A DNA stretch of 64,000 bases, taken from positions 138,818,001 through 138,882,000 of the forward strand of contig OZ024740.1 of assembly GCA_964016885.1 (NCBI GenBank), in the 5' to 3' direction. Shown here piece after piece: positions 1 through 14,350 of this stretch. The translations under genes and the position numbers were made by a program. The notes under the pieces were generated by a model that did not search any database, was not told the origin of the DNA, and saw only the letters and a program-made list of their open reading frames with translations. The number at the start of each line of letters is the position of its first letter. Positions within the stretch are counted from its first letter, which is position 1. The stretch is from Eledone cirrhosa (lineage: Eukaryota).

Positions 1-229
1 TTCAGAAATAGCTGCTGTCATACACACCACACTGTACAATTCATAACGAAAGACAAAAGAATTATTCTCTCTCCTAAAACTATATGTTTATCAATTTATC
101 TGATGATAATAACTCCATAGTAATATATATCATATTTATCATACATTTTAGAGTAGAAATATATTTAGCCATAGAAAAAAAAAATACAGGAATAAGAAGA
201 GACAATAACGCTTTGCGGTATTGTCCATT

Positions 230-455
230 GGTGAAGGTGGTGTATTGACAGAACTCGTAGAGCGATGAATAAAATTCTTTACGATATTTGTTCTGGCTCT
301 TTACGCTCTGAGTTCAAATCTCGCTGAGGTCAACTTTACCTTTCATCCTTACTGGATTGATAAAATTGAGTACCAGTAATACACTGGTGTTGATTTAATC
401 GATCTTTCCCATCACTTCAAATTGCTGGACTTCTGCCAAAAGTAGAAACAATTAT
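230..455 (+). mobile_element. tRNA-derived SINE (major family), diverged copy
   Basis: B-box GAGTTCAAATC followed by family core ctttcatcctt...gataaaattgagtaccagtaa...aattgctgg...agtagaaacaattatt, as in the complete copy at 51619. Confidence 0.75.
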
Positions 456-1023
456 TATTTGGATTCGCCGATATCAATTTGGCATTTCCTCCTTTTAAGG
501 TGTATCAAATAAAGTACTAGTCGAAGTTTATGTAGTTGGTGGAGTTTAGAGTGTTGGACAAGATACGTTACTGTATTTGTTCTCGTGTGTTGCTTTCCGA
601 TTTCAAATCATTCTGCAGTCAAATTAGATTGAGAACTTTATACTTTCAGCTGGCTCTTGGGTGGTCTTTCGGAAGTCGTGAAAACAAGCATAGGCACCAC
701 TCTATCCTCCTTCAATAAACAATACAAAATGTAAAAAATTCTTGATTTGCTAGAAAACCTGAGGCTTGCCCTGATTAAAATACAAGATAAATTTTACATT
801 TAAACTCAACTTAAGAAGGAGAAGGACCAAGTCTTTTAGATAGTAGTTTCATAAAGAAAATGTGGAATTGCTATTACAATAACTGGTAGGTAAACATGGA
901 AGAAAGGGATTAAAGAGTAGGGAGGTATTTGCTATAGTGCAGAATGTTTCGGTAATTTCAACCACGCCCTTGCAGTTTGGATTATATGAAACAGTTGAAT
1001 ATATGTGACAATGTGTGTACGAT

Positions 1024-1098
<75 letters not shown>

Positions 1099-1399
1099 AT
1101 GGGAGAGTGTGTGTATAATACAAGAAGTTGTTAAGCATTGTTGATAATGCACATATGTTGTATGTGTGCAGGGACGTGACTATAGGATGGCATTATATAT
1201 ATATACCTGTGTGTGTGTGTGGTGTGTGTATGTGTCTAAATGTGTTAGAACTGCTGTGGGTGGGTGTCAGTATATGTGTGACATTATTTATGTAGATGCA
1301 TGAGTGTGGGTGCATCTGTTTGTGAAGTGTGATGTTTCTAAAATTATATTGTACGTTGTATGTATGCTTTTCAGTATGTAGTGCAGATGAATATCATTA

Positions 1400-1750
1400 T
1401 TAAACGGCCCTTGCCATTCTGAGTTCGAATCCCGCCGAGGTTAACTTTGCCTTTCATCCTTACGGGGTCGATAAAATAAAGTACCAGTAATGTACTGGGG
1501 TAATTGCTGGCCTTGTGCAAAAAAGTAGAGACAATTATTAATTGGCAAGGGCGAGGCATAAACAAATTTGGCAGAGTTTCAGATAAAATGCTTTGCAGTA
1601 TTGGTTCTGGCTCTTTACGTTCTGAGTTCAAATTAACCTTCATTCCTCCGGGGTCGATAAAAAAAAGTAACAGTAAATCACTGAATTGATTCAAGTGACC
1701 TTCCCTCACACCAAAATCACTGGCCTTGTGTTTAAATTAGAAACCATAAT
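1400..1750 (+). mobile_element. two tandem copies of major SINE
   Basis: gagttcgaatcccgccgaggttaactttgcctttcatcc core at ~1421 and a second head/core at ~1570-1745. Confidence 0.8.
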
Positions 1751-2439
1751 TATTGTTGTTTTTGTTGTAGCTACCGAAGACGGAGTTTGAGAATCGCTCA
1801 AGTTATATAGGATTGTATAACAAACTGTATTAATTTCTCCCTCTACATCCTCCTCCAACTAAATCTAGCATTCATACAGTAAAACAGGTTTTTGTGGTAT
1901 TAAAATATTAAGGCATTACAGGCGATCTCACACTCGAGCAAAATTATGCATGTGTGCATGAGCGTATTTGTGCGTGCGCGTGTATGCATGCTATGTGAGC
2001 ATGTGCGTGAGTTCGTGTATGTGTGTGTGTTTCCATTACTATATGTATTGTTGTTTAGCTCCAGATCAACTCTAATGGTGCAAACCTATGATCAAAGATA
2101 TTTTTCCTGACTATTATTGAGACATTGTGAGATCGTTTGGTAAGATTTGGCTGCTCAAGCGATAATCGTGAGTATGTTCGCAAAACATACGTATATGTGC
2201 ATGTGCGCTTGCGTGTGTTTGTGTGTGTGTGTATGTGTGTGTGTGTGTGGGGGGGATAGTGTTTTCATTTCTCAAAAGATAAATGATCTGCCACTGGGAA
2301 GAATTCATAAATTAACAATTATTGCCTTAATGACTCGTTAATTAACAAGATATGCTTAATGAGATAGATAGACAGATAGTTGGATAGACAGATATACAAA
2401 ACATACATACATATATATACATACATGTTAGTTTACTGC

Positions 2440-3130
2440 CTCAGTACAAATCTTAAGAAGCTGGGCTTCATAGAACCAGAAAGAACTCGACTAGTTAGGA
2501 AGTTACAAGTACATTCCATTAACGAAACACTAAAATTATGTAAACATTCCAAAAATTCTGCATGTATTAATTGCATGTACACATCTACAGACAGAAGACA
2601 TGCACATGCACATGCACACATATAACTCAAAACATCCACATCCACACATACAACAACATTCATAACTACACACGCACGCACGCATGCAGACATGCCGACA
2701 TGTCTATCTAGTTGATGTCTAAATTCCAACGAGAGAGTCTTGTGTCTATGTTAGAAACCGACTCTCTATTGGTAAAAAATTATAAAATTATAAAACCAGA
2801 AGAACACATACATATATATATACATACATACGTATATACATACATAACAGTAAAAATATGTAAACCATTCCAAAAAGTTTTGCATCTAATAACTGCATAT
2901 ACACATGTACAGATACTAAGCATATACACATGCACACATACAACTCAAAACATACACATCCACACATACAATAACATCCATATCTACACATGCATGCATA
3001 CATGCTTACATATCTACCTAGTTGATGTTGTGTAAATTCCAATGAGAGAGTCTTGTGCCTATGTTAGAAACCGACTCTCTCTCTATTGGGAAAAATTTGT
3101 GAAATTATAAAACCAGAAGAACATACATAC
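2440..3130. repeat. diverged ~310-330 bp tandem duplication
   Basis: gagagagtcttgtg(t/c)ctatgttagaaaccgactctct...aaaaccagaagaaca at ~2730-2805 and ~3044-3123, with similar upstream blocks. Confidence 0.75.
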
Positions 3131-3902
3131 ATAAATACATACATACATACATACATACATACATACATACATACATACATACATACATACATACATACAT
3201 ACATACATACATACATACATACATACATACATACATCTCTAAATTTACTGCTTCACTCACTAGCCGGAATATAATTTTACATTGTACCCATAATCACTAG
3301 TGCAATTCGCTATGTTGCCATGCTTCTCTGTTATCTCAAAGGGCTGGGATTTTCACAGTTAATAGATATACACTGCAAATCCAATATGTTGGCGAAAAAG
3401 TAATTTAAGGAAAAACATTTTTCTGAACTTCCCTATGTAACTCTTCGGGGTTATTCTAATCTAAATTCTATTAACGGAACTTTGTTTCTTTGTCAGAAAG
3501 CATTTACCTTCATTGGTGAAGTTTGTGCTTACATATGGCGCAATACAGTAGAATGTGTGTATTTTATTAAAAGCTGAATTTCTAGAAAAGTAGCTTTGGA
3601 TTACTTGTTTTACCTATTGAAGTATGAAGGCAGAGTGATTTATAAGCAACAATATTCCAAGCACATCTAAATATGATTAGTGAAAATTATAAAGGGATTT
3701 GATTGATTTGAGAAAAAAATGGTAGTTAACCCGGCACACATTCATCTATCCATTCGTCATGCAGAAACATCTATTTTCACGTTAACACATCACGGGATGC
3801 TTTAACGTCTTAATTATCATATGTATAAAACACGCGCGCACACGCGCACACATAGACACACACACGCACGCACGCACGCACACACACACACACACACGCA
3901 CG

Positions 3903-3974
<72 letters not shown>

Positions 3975-3975
<1 letters not shown>

Positions 3976-4312
3976 GTTAGGTGTGTAACAACAGTTACAG
4001 GCGGCTTGTATTCCAGTGTTATGGCTGTCGAGAGCAGAGTGTAAATAGATTTAAAAGAGTCGAAGTCAGTGTTGCAACATCAGTACAAACTTCATTTGTA
4101 TATTACAATTGTTTCTATATCGATCAACTCAGGGTACAATCAAGGTGATCGGGCCCCTAGACTTTTTGGAAAGCTCGCATAACTGACGAGATATCGAAAG
4201 AGTCGGGCTCCGACATCTTGATTGGACCCTCAGCTGATCGATATCGAAACAATTGTAATATGGAAATAAAGTGTGTACATATGTTGCAACACTGACTTCG
4301 ACTCTTCTAATA
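3975..4312. mobile_element. fold-back mini-element in (TA)n with HHR-like motifs (PLE pLTR-like)
   Basis: 90-bp imperfect inverted arms 4055-4144 / 4217-4306; unique ~75-bp tail on the left; CTGACGA-gatatc-GAAA-gagTC at 4183-4204 and CTGATCGATATCGAAA-CAATTG-TA at 4234-4257. Confidence 0.7.
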
Positions 4313-4344
<32 letters not shown>

Positions 4345-4348
<4 letters not shown>

Positions 4349-4620
4349 GTATTAAGGATACTATTTATGGTTATGTATATACTAAAACTTTTTATAGTTA
4401 TATATATTTTAAACCCTAAACAGTGAAAGACAGTAATTTATTACTACCTTATTACCAGTAAGATAAATAGCTCAATGTAATAACATCAGTTGTTCTACAG
4501 AACAGTTATATAGAAATCACATGAATCAAAGTTCTGTTCAAACCATTTATTAGCTTACAATTGTTTCGTCCAAACCGAGGTTTGGAGTCTTCGGAGCAAT
4601 TTTTCAATGATTGATTACGT
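4345..4620 (-). mobile_element. PLE pLTR-like terminus, family shared with 31110-31345
   Basis: shared cagtaatt(t/c)attactaccttattaccagtaaga(t/a)aaatagctcaatgtaa and HHR; abuts (TA)n. Confidence 0.7.
4553..4597 (-). ncRNA. minimal type-I hammerhead ribozyme, U4C variant
   Basis: minus strand gcu-CCGAAGA-c-uccaaac(cucg)guuugga-c-GAAA-CAAUUG-UA-agc, followed by AAUAAA. Confidence 0.75.
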
Positions 4621-7010
4621 ACATGACCTCCTTTCCAACACAAGAGACATACAGATACATATGTATATATCGATGCACAGTGGGGTGACATCCATTATAA
4701 TATTTTTGCATGGCAATTTAAATTCAAAAATTAAAATCACATGAAAACGAAATTAAAGTTAAAATACAACATTGGCAGTTTACGAAGATAATGCAAGAGG
4801 ATAGTTTGTTAGTCAGTTGAAGTAGTTAGTGCATGCAATAGTTACACGTGGGGCATGCGCGTGTGTCTTATTTATATAAGATTATTGTGAGGCAAGGTGT
4901 TATATGCAATACAAGCACTTTAAGCGGGTAAACAAGAGTATTATGGAGGTTGTAGTGGTAAAGTATTTTTTGTGTATGATAAAGAAGCTTGTGTGCAGAG
5001 AAATATTATAAATGAGAAGCAAAATAATGTTATGGTTTTACCACCATTTTCACAATCCAGGAAACGTAATATATAGTTTATATGTCCTTCACATAATTAA
5101 CGATGATTCAGTATTGGATGTTTGATGTATTAAGTTAGATTATTACAGCTTGTTGCGGCTCAGTGTTCTTTAATCCAATTTTATAGAGCAGGTTGTTTTT
5201 GTTTCGAGAATTTACATTGTTTTATTTTCCGGAAGTATGTGTGTGATTAAGGGGAGTTAATGCGTGAGGGGAGGTAACTAGCTGATTTCTATAACTAAAT
5301 TTATTATTCCAATGTACATTAAAAGGTGTCTAAATTGAGTCCCTTATATATATGGTTATATACAGTTTCCAAATTTAAGTATCCTATCTTTAAATTACAG
5401 TCTACTCTATCAAGAAGTACTAAAGGTATCTATATTAGGATGATTACTCCCTATCATAGAGTGCTACAACTGAATATTCCATACGAAGAGTCAGATCTCC
5501 ATATAACACATGTCCTCATACACATGCATATACACATCCAAACACACACACATATATATATATATGTGTATATATATATACACAAGATACCGATGTAGAT
5601 AAATAAACAAATAATTCACACAGAGATACAACTACACACACACACACACACACACATGCATACAAATGCATACACACACACACACGCACATATCAAAACA
5701 CCGAACACTATGAAAATTTAACACACACATATATACATACATACACACAAAAATATACGTATAAACGCACATAAAAACCACACACACGCACATACATACA
5801 TACACTTAATCAACATTCCCTTTAAGAAAATCTAGATATGCAGATGTCCTCATACATACACATAAATAAACACACCACATAAACCTAATCACCATCCCTT
5901 CTATGACAATCAGATATGCACACAGAAAGCTTCAAGGACACAACACACACACCCGCACATACACGCATACACACACACACACACACACTCATACACACAC
6001 ACAGCTAATCACCCTAATCACCATCCCTTTCAATCAAACACGTAATTATGTTGTTATAATGAGCAATCATAGAACTATAGCTGGCCGCATGATTAGAGCT
6101 CTTGAAGAGGCAATAAAAATATTCTGTCATTTCTTCGTAACCACAGCACACACTCCCCAAAATAGTAGCAGACTCAAATAAGTATTGGAGCCAATATATC
6201 TTACAAAAACGTTTTGAAGACGATGCTTCAACATGATAGCAGGCCAATCACTGAAGCCTGTAACAGAATAAAAGAATGTAGGTTTAAGTTTCACGGTTTA
6301 CTACCACCACCACATGTCTGCTGTGTTGCAAGCATTCGGACGCGGTCGACAACCTGAAGAAGATTCCACTATATACCTGCTTCAGTTTTCTATGAGTCAT
6401 AGTTTGTCCCAGACTTTATACCCACCAGTTTAGGAGACCCTGTAAATGTTATGGTATTGCTCTTTATCTTCAGATTAAACCATTAAAAATGTACATGCTA
6501 TACAAAGGTGAAACAAAATAGCTTCGCCATTTTGTTCTTGTTTTACAATCTCTGTTTTCTGTCTCTGCTCACTGTTACTTGTTCAACTGAAAATAAATAC
6601 TTTCTATCGCATTCGAGGCCCAAATTATTGCTGATGCTTTCAACACTGTAAACATATCAACTATGAAACCAACGCCCTTTGTCAATGGGGGCTAGGAGGT
6701 ATAGAGAGTAGACGATATATATATATATATATATATATATACTTCAGTATGTTTATGTAAATAGACACACATAATATATATATAGTGTCAGAGAAAGAAG
6801 AAGAGAGATATGCACGTGTGTGTACTTGCATGTGCATATGTGCGTGCGTGCGTAAATATGTTTAGAAAAAGAGAAGTGCAGGTACATAAGAAAGTAAGAA
6901 GGTTGGTAGGTACGGAAGGTGACTAGGTAGGTAGTTAGGTAGTTAGGTAGGTAAGTAGTTAGTAGTTATGGAAGAGAAGTAGATGCATGCAAACGGAGAA
7001 CTACACACAA

Positions 7011-7093
<83 letters not shown>

Positions 7094-7184
7094 AAGGGTA
7101 GAGATATAGAGTGGGAGAGAGAGAGAGAGGGGAATACAACGAAAAACAGACGGTGAAAATAAAGGAAGAGGAAGTAAGCCATAA

Positions 7185-8390
7185 CAATTGCGTCTACTTT
7201 TGGCACAAGGTCAGCAATTTGAAGGGAAGAAAAAAGTTGATTAAATTAACCCCAATGCGTTACTGATACAGTCCTTTGTTGGAACGACCCTGTAAGAACA
7301 AAGGCTAAACTACCCTCAGCGGGATTTCACCTGAGAACATAAAGGTGTTTCTAATTTACGCAGAAGGCCAGCAAAATTGATGCAATCGTGCATATGGATA
7401 TGTGTATGCGTGGGTATGTCTATGTGTGTATGCGCATATGACTGTGTATGTAACCGTGTAGGGTTAGTGTGAGTGTATGTGTGTGTACGTGTATGTTTCT
7501 GTGCATGAAAACTTTAATAGTTATTAATTAACTTCAGTGCGTGACTGATACTATATTTTATCGAACCATGAATGATGAAAGGTTAATTCGACCTCAAAGG
7601 GATTTGAACTATGAATGTAAATTGATGGAACAAGCATCGCAAATAATAACGGTTTCTAATTTAGGCCCAAGGCTTTCAAGTTGGGGGAAGGGTAAAGTCG
7701 ATTATATCAGGACATAAAAAGGACATAACCAAATACTTTTTCTGCCATTAATTTATTCTAACATAAGTCGGCCGGAAATTTTGAGTGAGTGTTATTCGAT
7801 TAAATCTACTACACCGGCACTTTATTTTAGCAACTCCGGAAGAGTGAATGAAAAATTTGACCTAAGCGTAAAAAGTTGGAACAAGTACCACAAAGTATTG
7901 TTTCGACGCTCTAACAATTCTGTCACGATGGCAACATATGAGAGGTGCAATACAATTAGTCGTTACAAAAATAGTGATGGTTCACAAGCCAATAACTGTT
8001 TCTATCATAGGCACAATGGCCAGTAATTGTTTAGTGTGTGCAGTCTATTAAATTTACCCCAGTACATAACACGTACTTTATTTTATCGCCCCCTGTAAGG
8101 ATGAAAGGCAAAGTTGACCTCAGCGAGATTGAACACAACAGAAAGTATCGTAATTAAATGCTACAAAGCAATATTCTAACGCTTCCACCAATCCACCATT
8201 CTAAGCCAGTATGAAATAATGATTTCTGATGTAGGCACAAGGCTAGTAATTTGAAACAGTGGGGGAAAGTCGATTAAATTGCCCCCAGTGCATTACTGGT
8301 GCTTTATTTTATCGACCCCGGCGAGATTTGAACTCAGAATGTAAAGGGCAGTAACTCTATGCTGTGAAGCATGTTGTCCGATGCTTAGAA
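7185..8390 (-). mobile_element. cluster of several partial major-SINE copies
   Basis: repeated ggcacaagg...cccagtgc...ttttatcgacccc...gatttgaactcag fragments. Confidence 0.7.
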
Positions 8391-8738
8391 TATATTTTTC
8401 TTAATTTCACTCAACGAGATCGTGAAATGAATTGAACGCCATTTTAATTTATTTTGTGGATAGCGTTTCAGGAACTTTCGCTATAATATGTTGTCCCCTG
8501 CGCCACCAGCATGCTTAGCAGAGACCCCCCACACACACGCACTATATCTCCACCATCATTATCATCATTATCGACACCTTTCTGCACCATTTCTCTATTT
8601 ATTGATGGTCATCGTAGTTGTTGTTGTTGTTAACTTTTCTTCTGTTGAGTTTGGCTCAACTTACAGTAGATATGTAAATGTTGGCGGCTCAAACAAATGT
8701 GTTTTGTACTTGTGTATATATACATATATATGTATGCG

Positions 8739-8831
<93 letters not shown>

Positions 8832-9233
8832 ATATATTTACGTATATATATGGATATGCACACATAAATACAGACACATAAACACACGCACACATATACA
8901 GATATAGCTACCCATCATTACTTCATTACTTAGTACAAATAAGGAAACATACTTCCATGTGTTGGTTTACTTATGGATTAATAACTATTAATTACACACA
9001 CAGTTACTCACACAAGCATATGCGCATGTGCACACACATATCCATGGTTACATACACTTGCATCGTTTTTTCTTTCTTTTTTCCCTTCTGTTATATTTTT
9101 TCGCCGCCCCCCAATAACTTCCTTTAGTTATTGACGGACTGGATCTAGACATATTGTCTTTAATGCGTAGAAATGTCCGTGATCTCCAGCAAACAACTGA
9201 TGAAAGGAAATTATCCCCCGTTCGTGCCTTCCT

Positions 9234-9295
<62 letters not shown>

Positions 9296-9557
9296 GATTG
9301 ATAGATGCTCTCAGCTAGATAGGTCTTTTGAAGGAAACCAGCATGCAATTGTACAATTGTACAAATGAATGTTTATGAATTTACACGTGTGTATGTGTGT
9401 ATGGTGCTATGAGTGCGTATGTGTACATGTATATGTATATAGTGAGTAGGAGGGAACACATAGAATCTAATACTATTTATTACATTCTTTCGCAATATCA
9501 CATATCTCTCTTGAACAAGGAACACAGAGAATGTATGTTATGTGTGTTTTAAGTATG

Positions 9558-9588
<31 letters not shown>

Positions 9589-9651
9589 GCACGCACACAC
9601 ATACAGACACACACACATATATATATACACATACATGCACACAGATACACA

Positions 9652-9685
<34 letters not shown>

Positions 9686-9699
9686 TATATATATATATA

Positions 9700-9880
9700 T
9701 AATTGTTTCTACTTTTGGCACAATGCCAACAATTACCCAGTGCATTGCTGGTACTTTATAGTATCGACCACGTAAGGATGAGAGGCAAAGTTAACCTCGG
9801 CGGGGTTTGAACTCAGAACATAAAGGGCCATAACTCTATGCTGCAAAGCATGGTGTCTGACGCTCTACTGATACTGCCAA
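9700..9880 (-). mobile_element. major SINE
   Basis: reverse complement of full family consensus. Confidence 0.85.
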
Positions 9881-10126
9881 TATGCACGCGTGTGTAAGAG
9901 TATTTTTGTTGTTAATATTAGTGTCGAGTACTCTATTTCAAACCTTGTATATGTGGAGGAAATGTTATTGCATGTTTCGGCTGTATTCAATATTCTACGG
10001 GATTACTTAGTGTATTTGCAGTTTGTACAAAATCATCTTACTTTCTTATGTCAGTCTCTTTGCCGTCCACTGATAATGGCAACGCAGAGGTGTATGGTTT
10101 TATACATATCTAGTTTCTAGAAATAT

Positions 10127-10265
10127 AATTGTTTCTACTTTTAGGCACAAGGCCAGCAATTACCCAGTGCATTACTGGTACTTTATTTTATCGACCCCGT
10201 AAGGATGAAAGGCAAAGTCAACCTCGGCGGGATTTGAACTCAGATCGTAAAGGGACGTAACTATG
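10127..10265 (-). mobile_element. major SINE, 5'-truncated
   Basis: family core, reverse complement. Confidence 0.85.
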
Positions 10266-10360
10266 CTTAACTGAGAGAATTGTATACCCTATAACATATA
10301 TTAATATCACTGAAATGCAGCTATTAATTTGCATATTATTAGCACTCACGATGATAGTTA

Positions 10361-10693
10361 TCTATATATATAAAACTGAGGATGTGTGTGTGTGTGTCTG
10401 TGAGTTTGAATTCCTAAAACTCGAGAAGTACCCAACCGATTTTGATCCCCTAGAGCCCGCATTAGGTGAAAAATTGCGTTTTTTTTTCAGCTTTTTAGGG
10501 GGTTTTTTTGAGGCGTTACGTCTAGCCGATTTTCCCGAAATTTCAAGGCATATTAAAGATTATCCAGCCATCAGAGTATTCGGTTTATTTTCTTTACATA
10601 TTGTCCAGGCATGCAGTTTTTCCACGACTAGGTCTGTTGGCGGCCCGCGTTCCAAAATGCTTTATCCCGTGCAACGTTGGGTACCACTGCTAG
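10361..10693 (+). mobile_element. non-autonomous Helitron-like element
   Basis: 5' TCTATATATATAAAACTG with (TG)n, 3' hairpin cccgtgcaacgttggg (10666-10681), terminal CTAG, inserted between A and T. Confidence 0.75.
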
Positions 10694-11589
10694 TTGATAA
10701 TAAATATTAAATTGTGCATCAAGCAACTGGGTGTGCGATAGATATATATCTAAATTTATATTAATCGGAAATTCAACGTACACTTTGGGTGCTTGTATAT
10801 AATTTAATGTATTAATAATACGAAAATTTGTCATCTTCACATAACTAAATACTCAATGTGTAGATTTATATAGATATCTATGCATTCTCGGTTACCCCTC
10901 TACTGTATATATAAATTTATCGCTTACTTCGGTTACTTAGTGCGAAATTTAATACATATATATATACATACATATATGTACACACACACGCACGCACGCA
11001 CGCACACACACACACCCACACACGCACCCCCCCCCCCCCCCCACACACACACACAATATATATATATATGACTTGTCTCTATTTTCTAGTGTCTTCTTAT
11101 CACATTGTTACGATACGATAGATCCTCAGTCGGTTTTGATGATGAGCACTTAGTTGTTTGTTCATCCGAATGCCAAGCTTCACTTAGCATGTACGTGAAG
11201 GCATGTGTATTTAACATAATATTTAGACAAAATCAGTGTGACACAACGTGACAGGGCTGTACCTTTGAATTATAGATACCATACCTCCGTCGGGTTTCAG
11301 CTTAAGTTTCAACTCCCCAATATCTCTCACAGTCTTTGACCACCCCGAAGCTATGCTAAAAGACACCTGCTTAAGATGACATGTAGTGAGATCGAATATG
11401 GAATCTCATGATTGTGAAGTGAACTTCATAATCCCTCGCTTGTGAACCCCAAATTATATATCTTCATAGGACCCTCCACAAATATACAAAGAAATAGTTT
11501 TGTCGTATTTGCGAAATACATACAGGAAATTGTACTTGTTAAATAAGGTTTATTGTTTCATGTTGTATATATGTTTCAATCTGTTATTA

Positions 11590-11772
11590 TTGGCAGTATC
11601 GATAGAGAGTCGAACAACATGCTTGGCAGCATAGAGTTACGGCCCTGTACAGTTTGAGTTCAAATCCCGTCGAGGTTAACTTTGCTTTTCATCCTTACGG
11701 GGTCGATAAAATAAAGTACCAGTAATGCACAGGGATAATTGCTGGCCTTGTGCCAAAAGTAGAAACAATTAT
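11590..11772 (+). mobile_element. major SINE
   Basis: A-box-like TGGCAGTATCG, B-box GAGTTCAAATCC, family core. Confidence 0.85.
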
Positions 11773-12657
11773 TATTTCTTTATATTCGGTTTATACTGGG
11801 TCTTTTCTAGATTGAATTAGGTTGGCAAGCCGTTATGTATTGACCGGTGTCGGCTCCAAATCTAACATTACTTTAGCATTTAGGGTGCATTCTGCTTCGG
11901 GTTTATCGGTTCATTAAGCGGGATAGATTTTAGATTAAATTAATGGGTGATTACGAGATTTATGGTGTGTTAGTTCGAGTTCCGATTGTTCAGAGTGCAG
12001 TTTGCTTCGTTGTATGCCTGTATTCCGGGTCAGTTTTTGGGGGGAGTTTCTTGGATTTACTGGTTGTGTGGGTGCAATGATAATTACGTAATGGAGTAGT
12101 AGTCGGTACAGAATAAGTGTGCATGGTTTTTCGGAGTGAACGAAATAACAGTCAAGTATCACTCAAACGATACTCTACATATTTATATAAGCGTATACAT
12201 GTCCGTTTATTTAAGATGTTTGCTTCGAAATCATTAGGCCCGAAATGATCCCACTGCGTGGCATCTTGGGAAAGTGTCATATCCTCGAGTCGATGTATGC
12301 TTTGTAAGTGAAATTGGGGAGATGCAAATTGTTTGATGACCCGACAGTTTCACTGAACTTGAAATAGAAAAAAATTCAACAGTGTTCCACACTGTCAAAT
12401 CAGAAGGTACACATGGATGTGAAATGCTCAGCCATTTACTCATTCATTTCTTGAGGAGACTGTTCCATAGATCGAACAATTGGAACACTCATCGTTGAAA
12501 ACGACGTTGGTCCATTCCATTCCATGAACCAATGCGAGAGATTTTTTCCATTGTAAATCGAACTGTGAGAATTTGTAGCTAAATCTACCCTGTGTGTGTG
12601 TGTATGTGTGTGTGCGTGCGTGTGTCTGTGTGTGTATGTGTGTGTATGTGTGTGTCT

Positions 12658-12746
<89 letters not shown>

Positions 12747-13509
12747 TAATTCAATGTTTAGTTTACTCGAAATCAATATTAAAAGAGAAAAATAAAATAG
12801 AACAGATTAAGAAAATTACAATTTATTTTGCATATTTCGGACACCAATATTATTTAATCAGGATAGTTACCGGGAGATGGCGTGTTAGTGACATATCGAA
12901 TGGATGTCATATTATTGAAGTAATTGTTACTAGATTCTGCTTTTGATAGCGAATATCTTTTCATATCACCATAATAATCATCATCATCAATATCCTCATT
13001 ATTTTCACCATCATCACCATCATTCATCAAAGCCACTATCATAATCATCATCATCATTATCACCCTCCTCGTCATCATATCAATATCATTACATCATGCA
13101 GCAACAACTTATCTGAACAAACTCAAACGGGACAGGAAGTAATAAAGCTATTTTTGTTGTTAACTCAGTTATGGTTGGAGGGTGTCCAGCAGTGACCATC
13201 CAGACGTTTTGTATTCCCGGGAACCACATGCACCTAGTGTATCGCTATAAACGATAAGCTGTGATTTGAGGTACTTTGGTCAAAACATTAAAGCGGTCAC
13301 CATCCGTCTCTTTAAGGCATAATATATCTAAAACAACAGTATCCACGTTTCTTTCTTTTTAACGGTGGGTTTTATTTAAGGGAGATTTTGATCTTTATTG
13401 CCTAAAGGTCGATCAAACTGGTTGAAATTCTTTCATTAATCTGGGAGTAATAAGATTGAGTATTTTGTGGTAAAAAAAAAAGGGTAAAGCCCTCCGCCTC
13501 TTCGGTCAC

Positions 13510-13790
13510 GAATGACCATGGAATTCTCCTCTGAGGCACAAGTCCGGGAAAATTTGTTTGTGGAAGACCAACAGCTGCTCATGCATACCATCCCCCACCT
13601 CACCATGTCACTGATGTTGTTCAAGGGAAAGGCAAAGATTGATACACCTGTGACGTCGCAACTTATTTCTACAGCTGAGTGAACTGGAACAACTTGCTCA
13701 AGAACACAACGCATCACCCGGTCCGAGAATCGAACTCACAACCTCATGATTGTAAGCCCGACGCTCTAACCACTAAGCCATGCGCTTTCA
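13510..13790 (-). mobile_element. second tRNA-derived SINE family (CORE-like)
   Basis: minus strand gcgcatggcttagtggttagagcg...gagttcgattc...tgtgttcttgagcaag; related copy at 50690-51015. Confidence 0.75.
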
Positions 13791-13794
13791 CAGT

Positions 13795-14350
13795 TTGTGG
13801 TACTAATTAAGTAATTGTTACCCTAGCAACTGATTGAGATCTTAATCCACCAATTGTGGAGCTAATGAACTAATTATGGTCTTTATTAACTAATTGTGGT
13901 CTTAACTAATTGTGGTCTTAGTCACTATTTGCGTTCATACTTCACTAATTGTTGTCATAATTTACTAGTTGTAATCTTAGTTCACTAACTGTGATCTTAG
14001 TCGTTGTGGTACTAATTCTGGTCCTAGCTTAGTATTTAGGGTCCTAATTAACCAATTGTTTCCTAGTTACCAATTGCATACTAATTCACTAATGATGGTC
14101 ATAGTCATTAATTGGGATCCAAATTCACTAATTGTAGTCATAGTCCCCAATTAATGTAGTTTACTAATTAACCAATTATTGTCTTAGTCATTAATTATAT
14201 CCTAATTAACTAACTGTGGTCCTATCACTGATTGGAGTCCTAATCCCTAATAATATATAAGTTAGTCTTAATTCACTAATTCTTAATTACAAACAGGTTT
14301 ACTAATTCTGTTGCTACCTCACATGAACACTAACATAATTTACAGTCTTA
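13795..14350. repeat. degenerate ~20-22 bp minisatellite
   Basis: recurring actaattgtggtcttaatt-like unit. Confidence 0.7.

Noticed and set aside
9190-9225. CTGATGAAAGGAAATTATC as a hammerhead
   Set aside because: No stem II and no convincing stem I, although its position next to (TA)n is suggestive.
13700-13790. tRNA gene
   Set aside because: tRNA-like A/B boxes run into a SINE body that is repeated elsewhere; no full cloverleaf.
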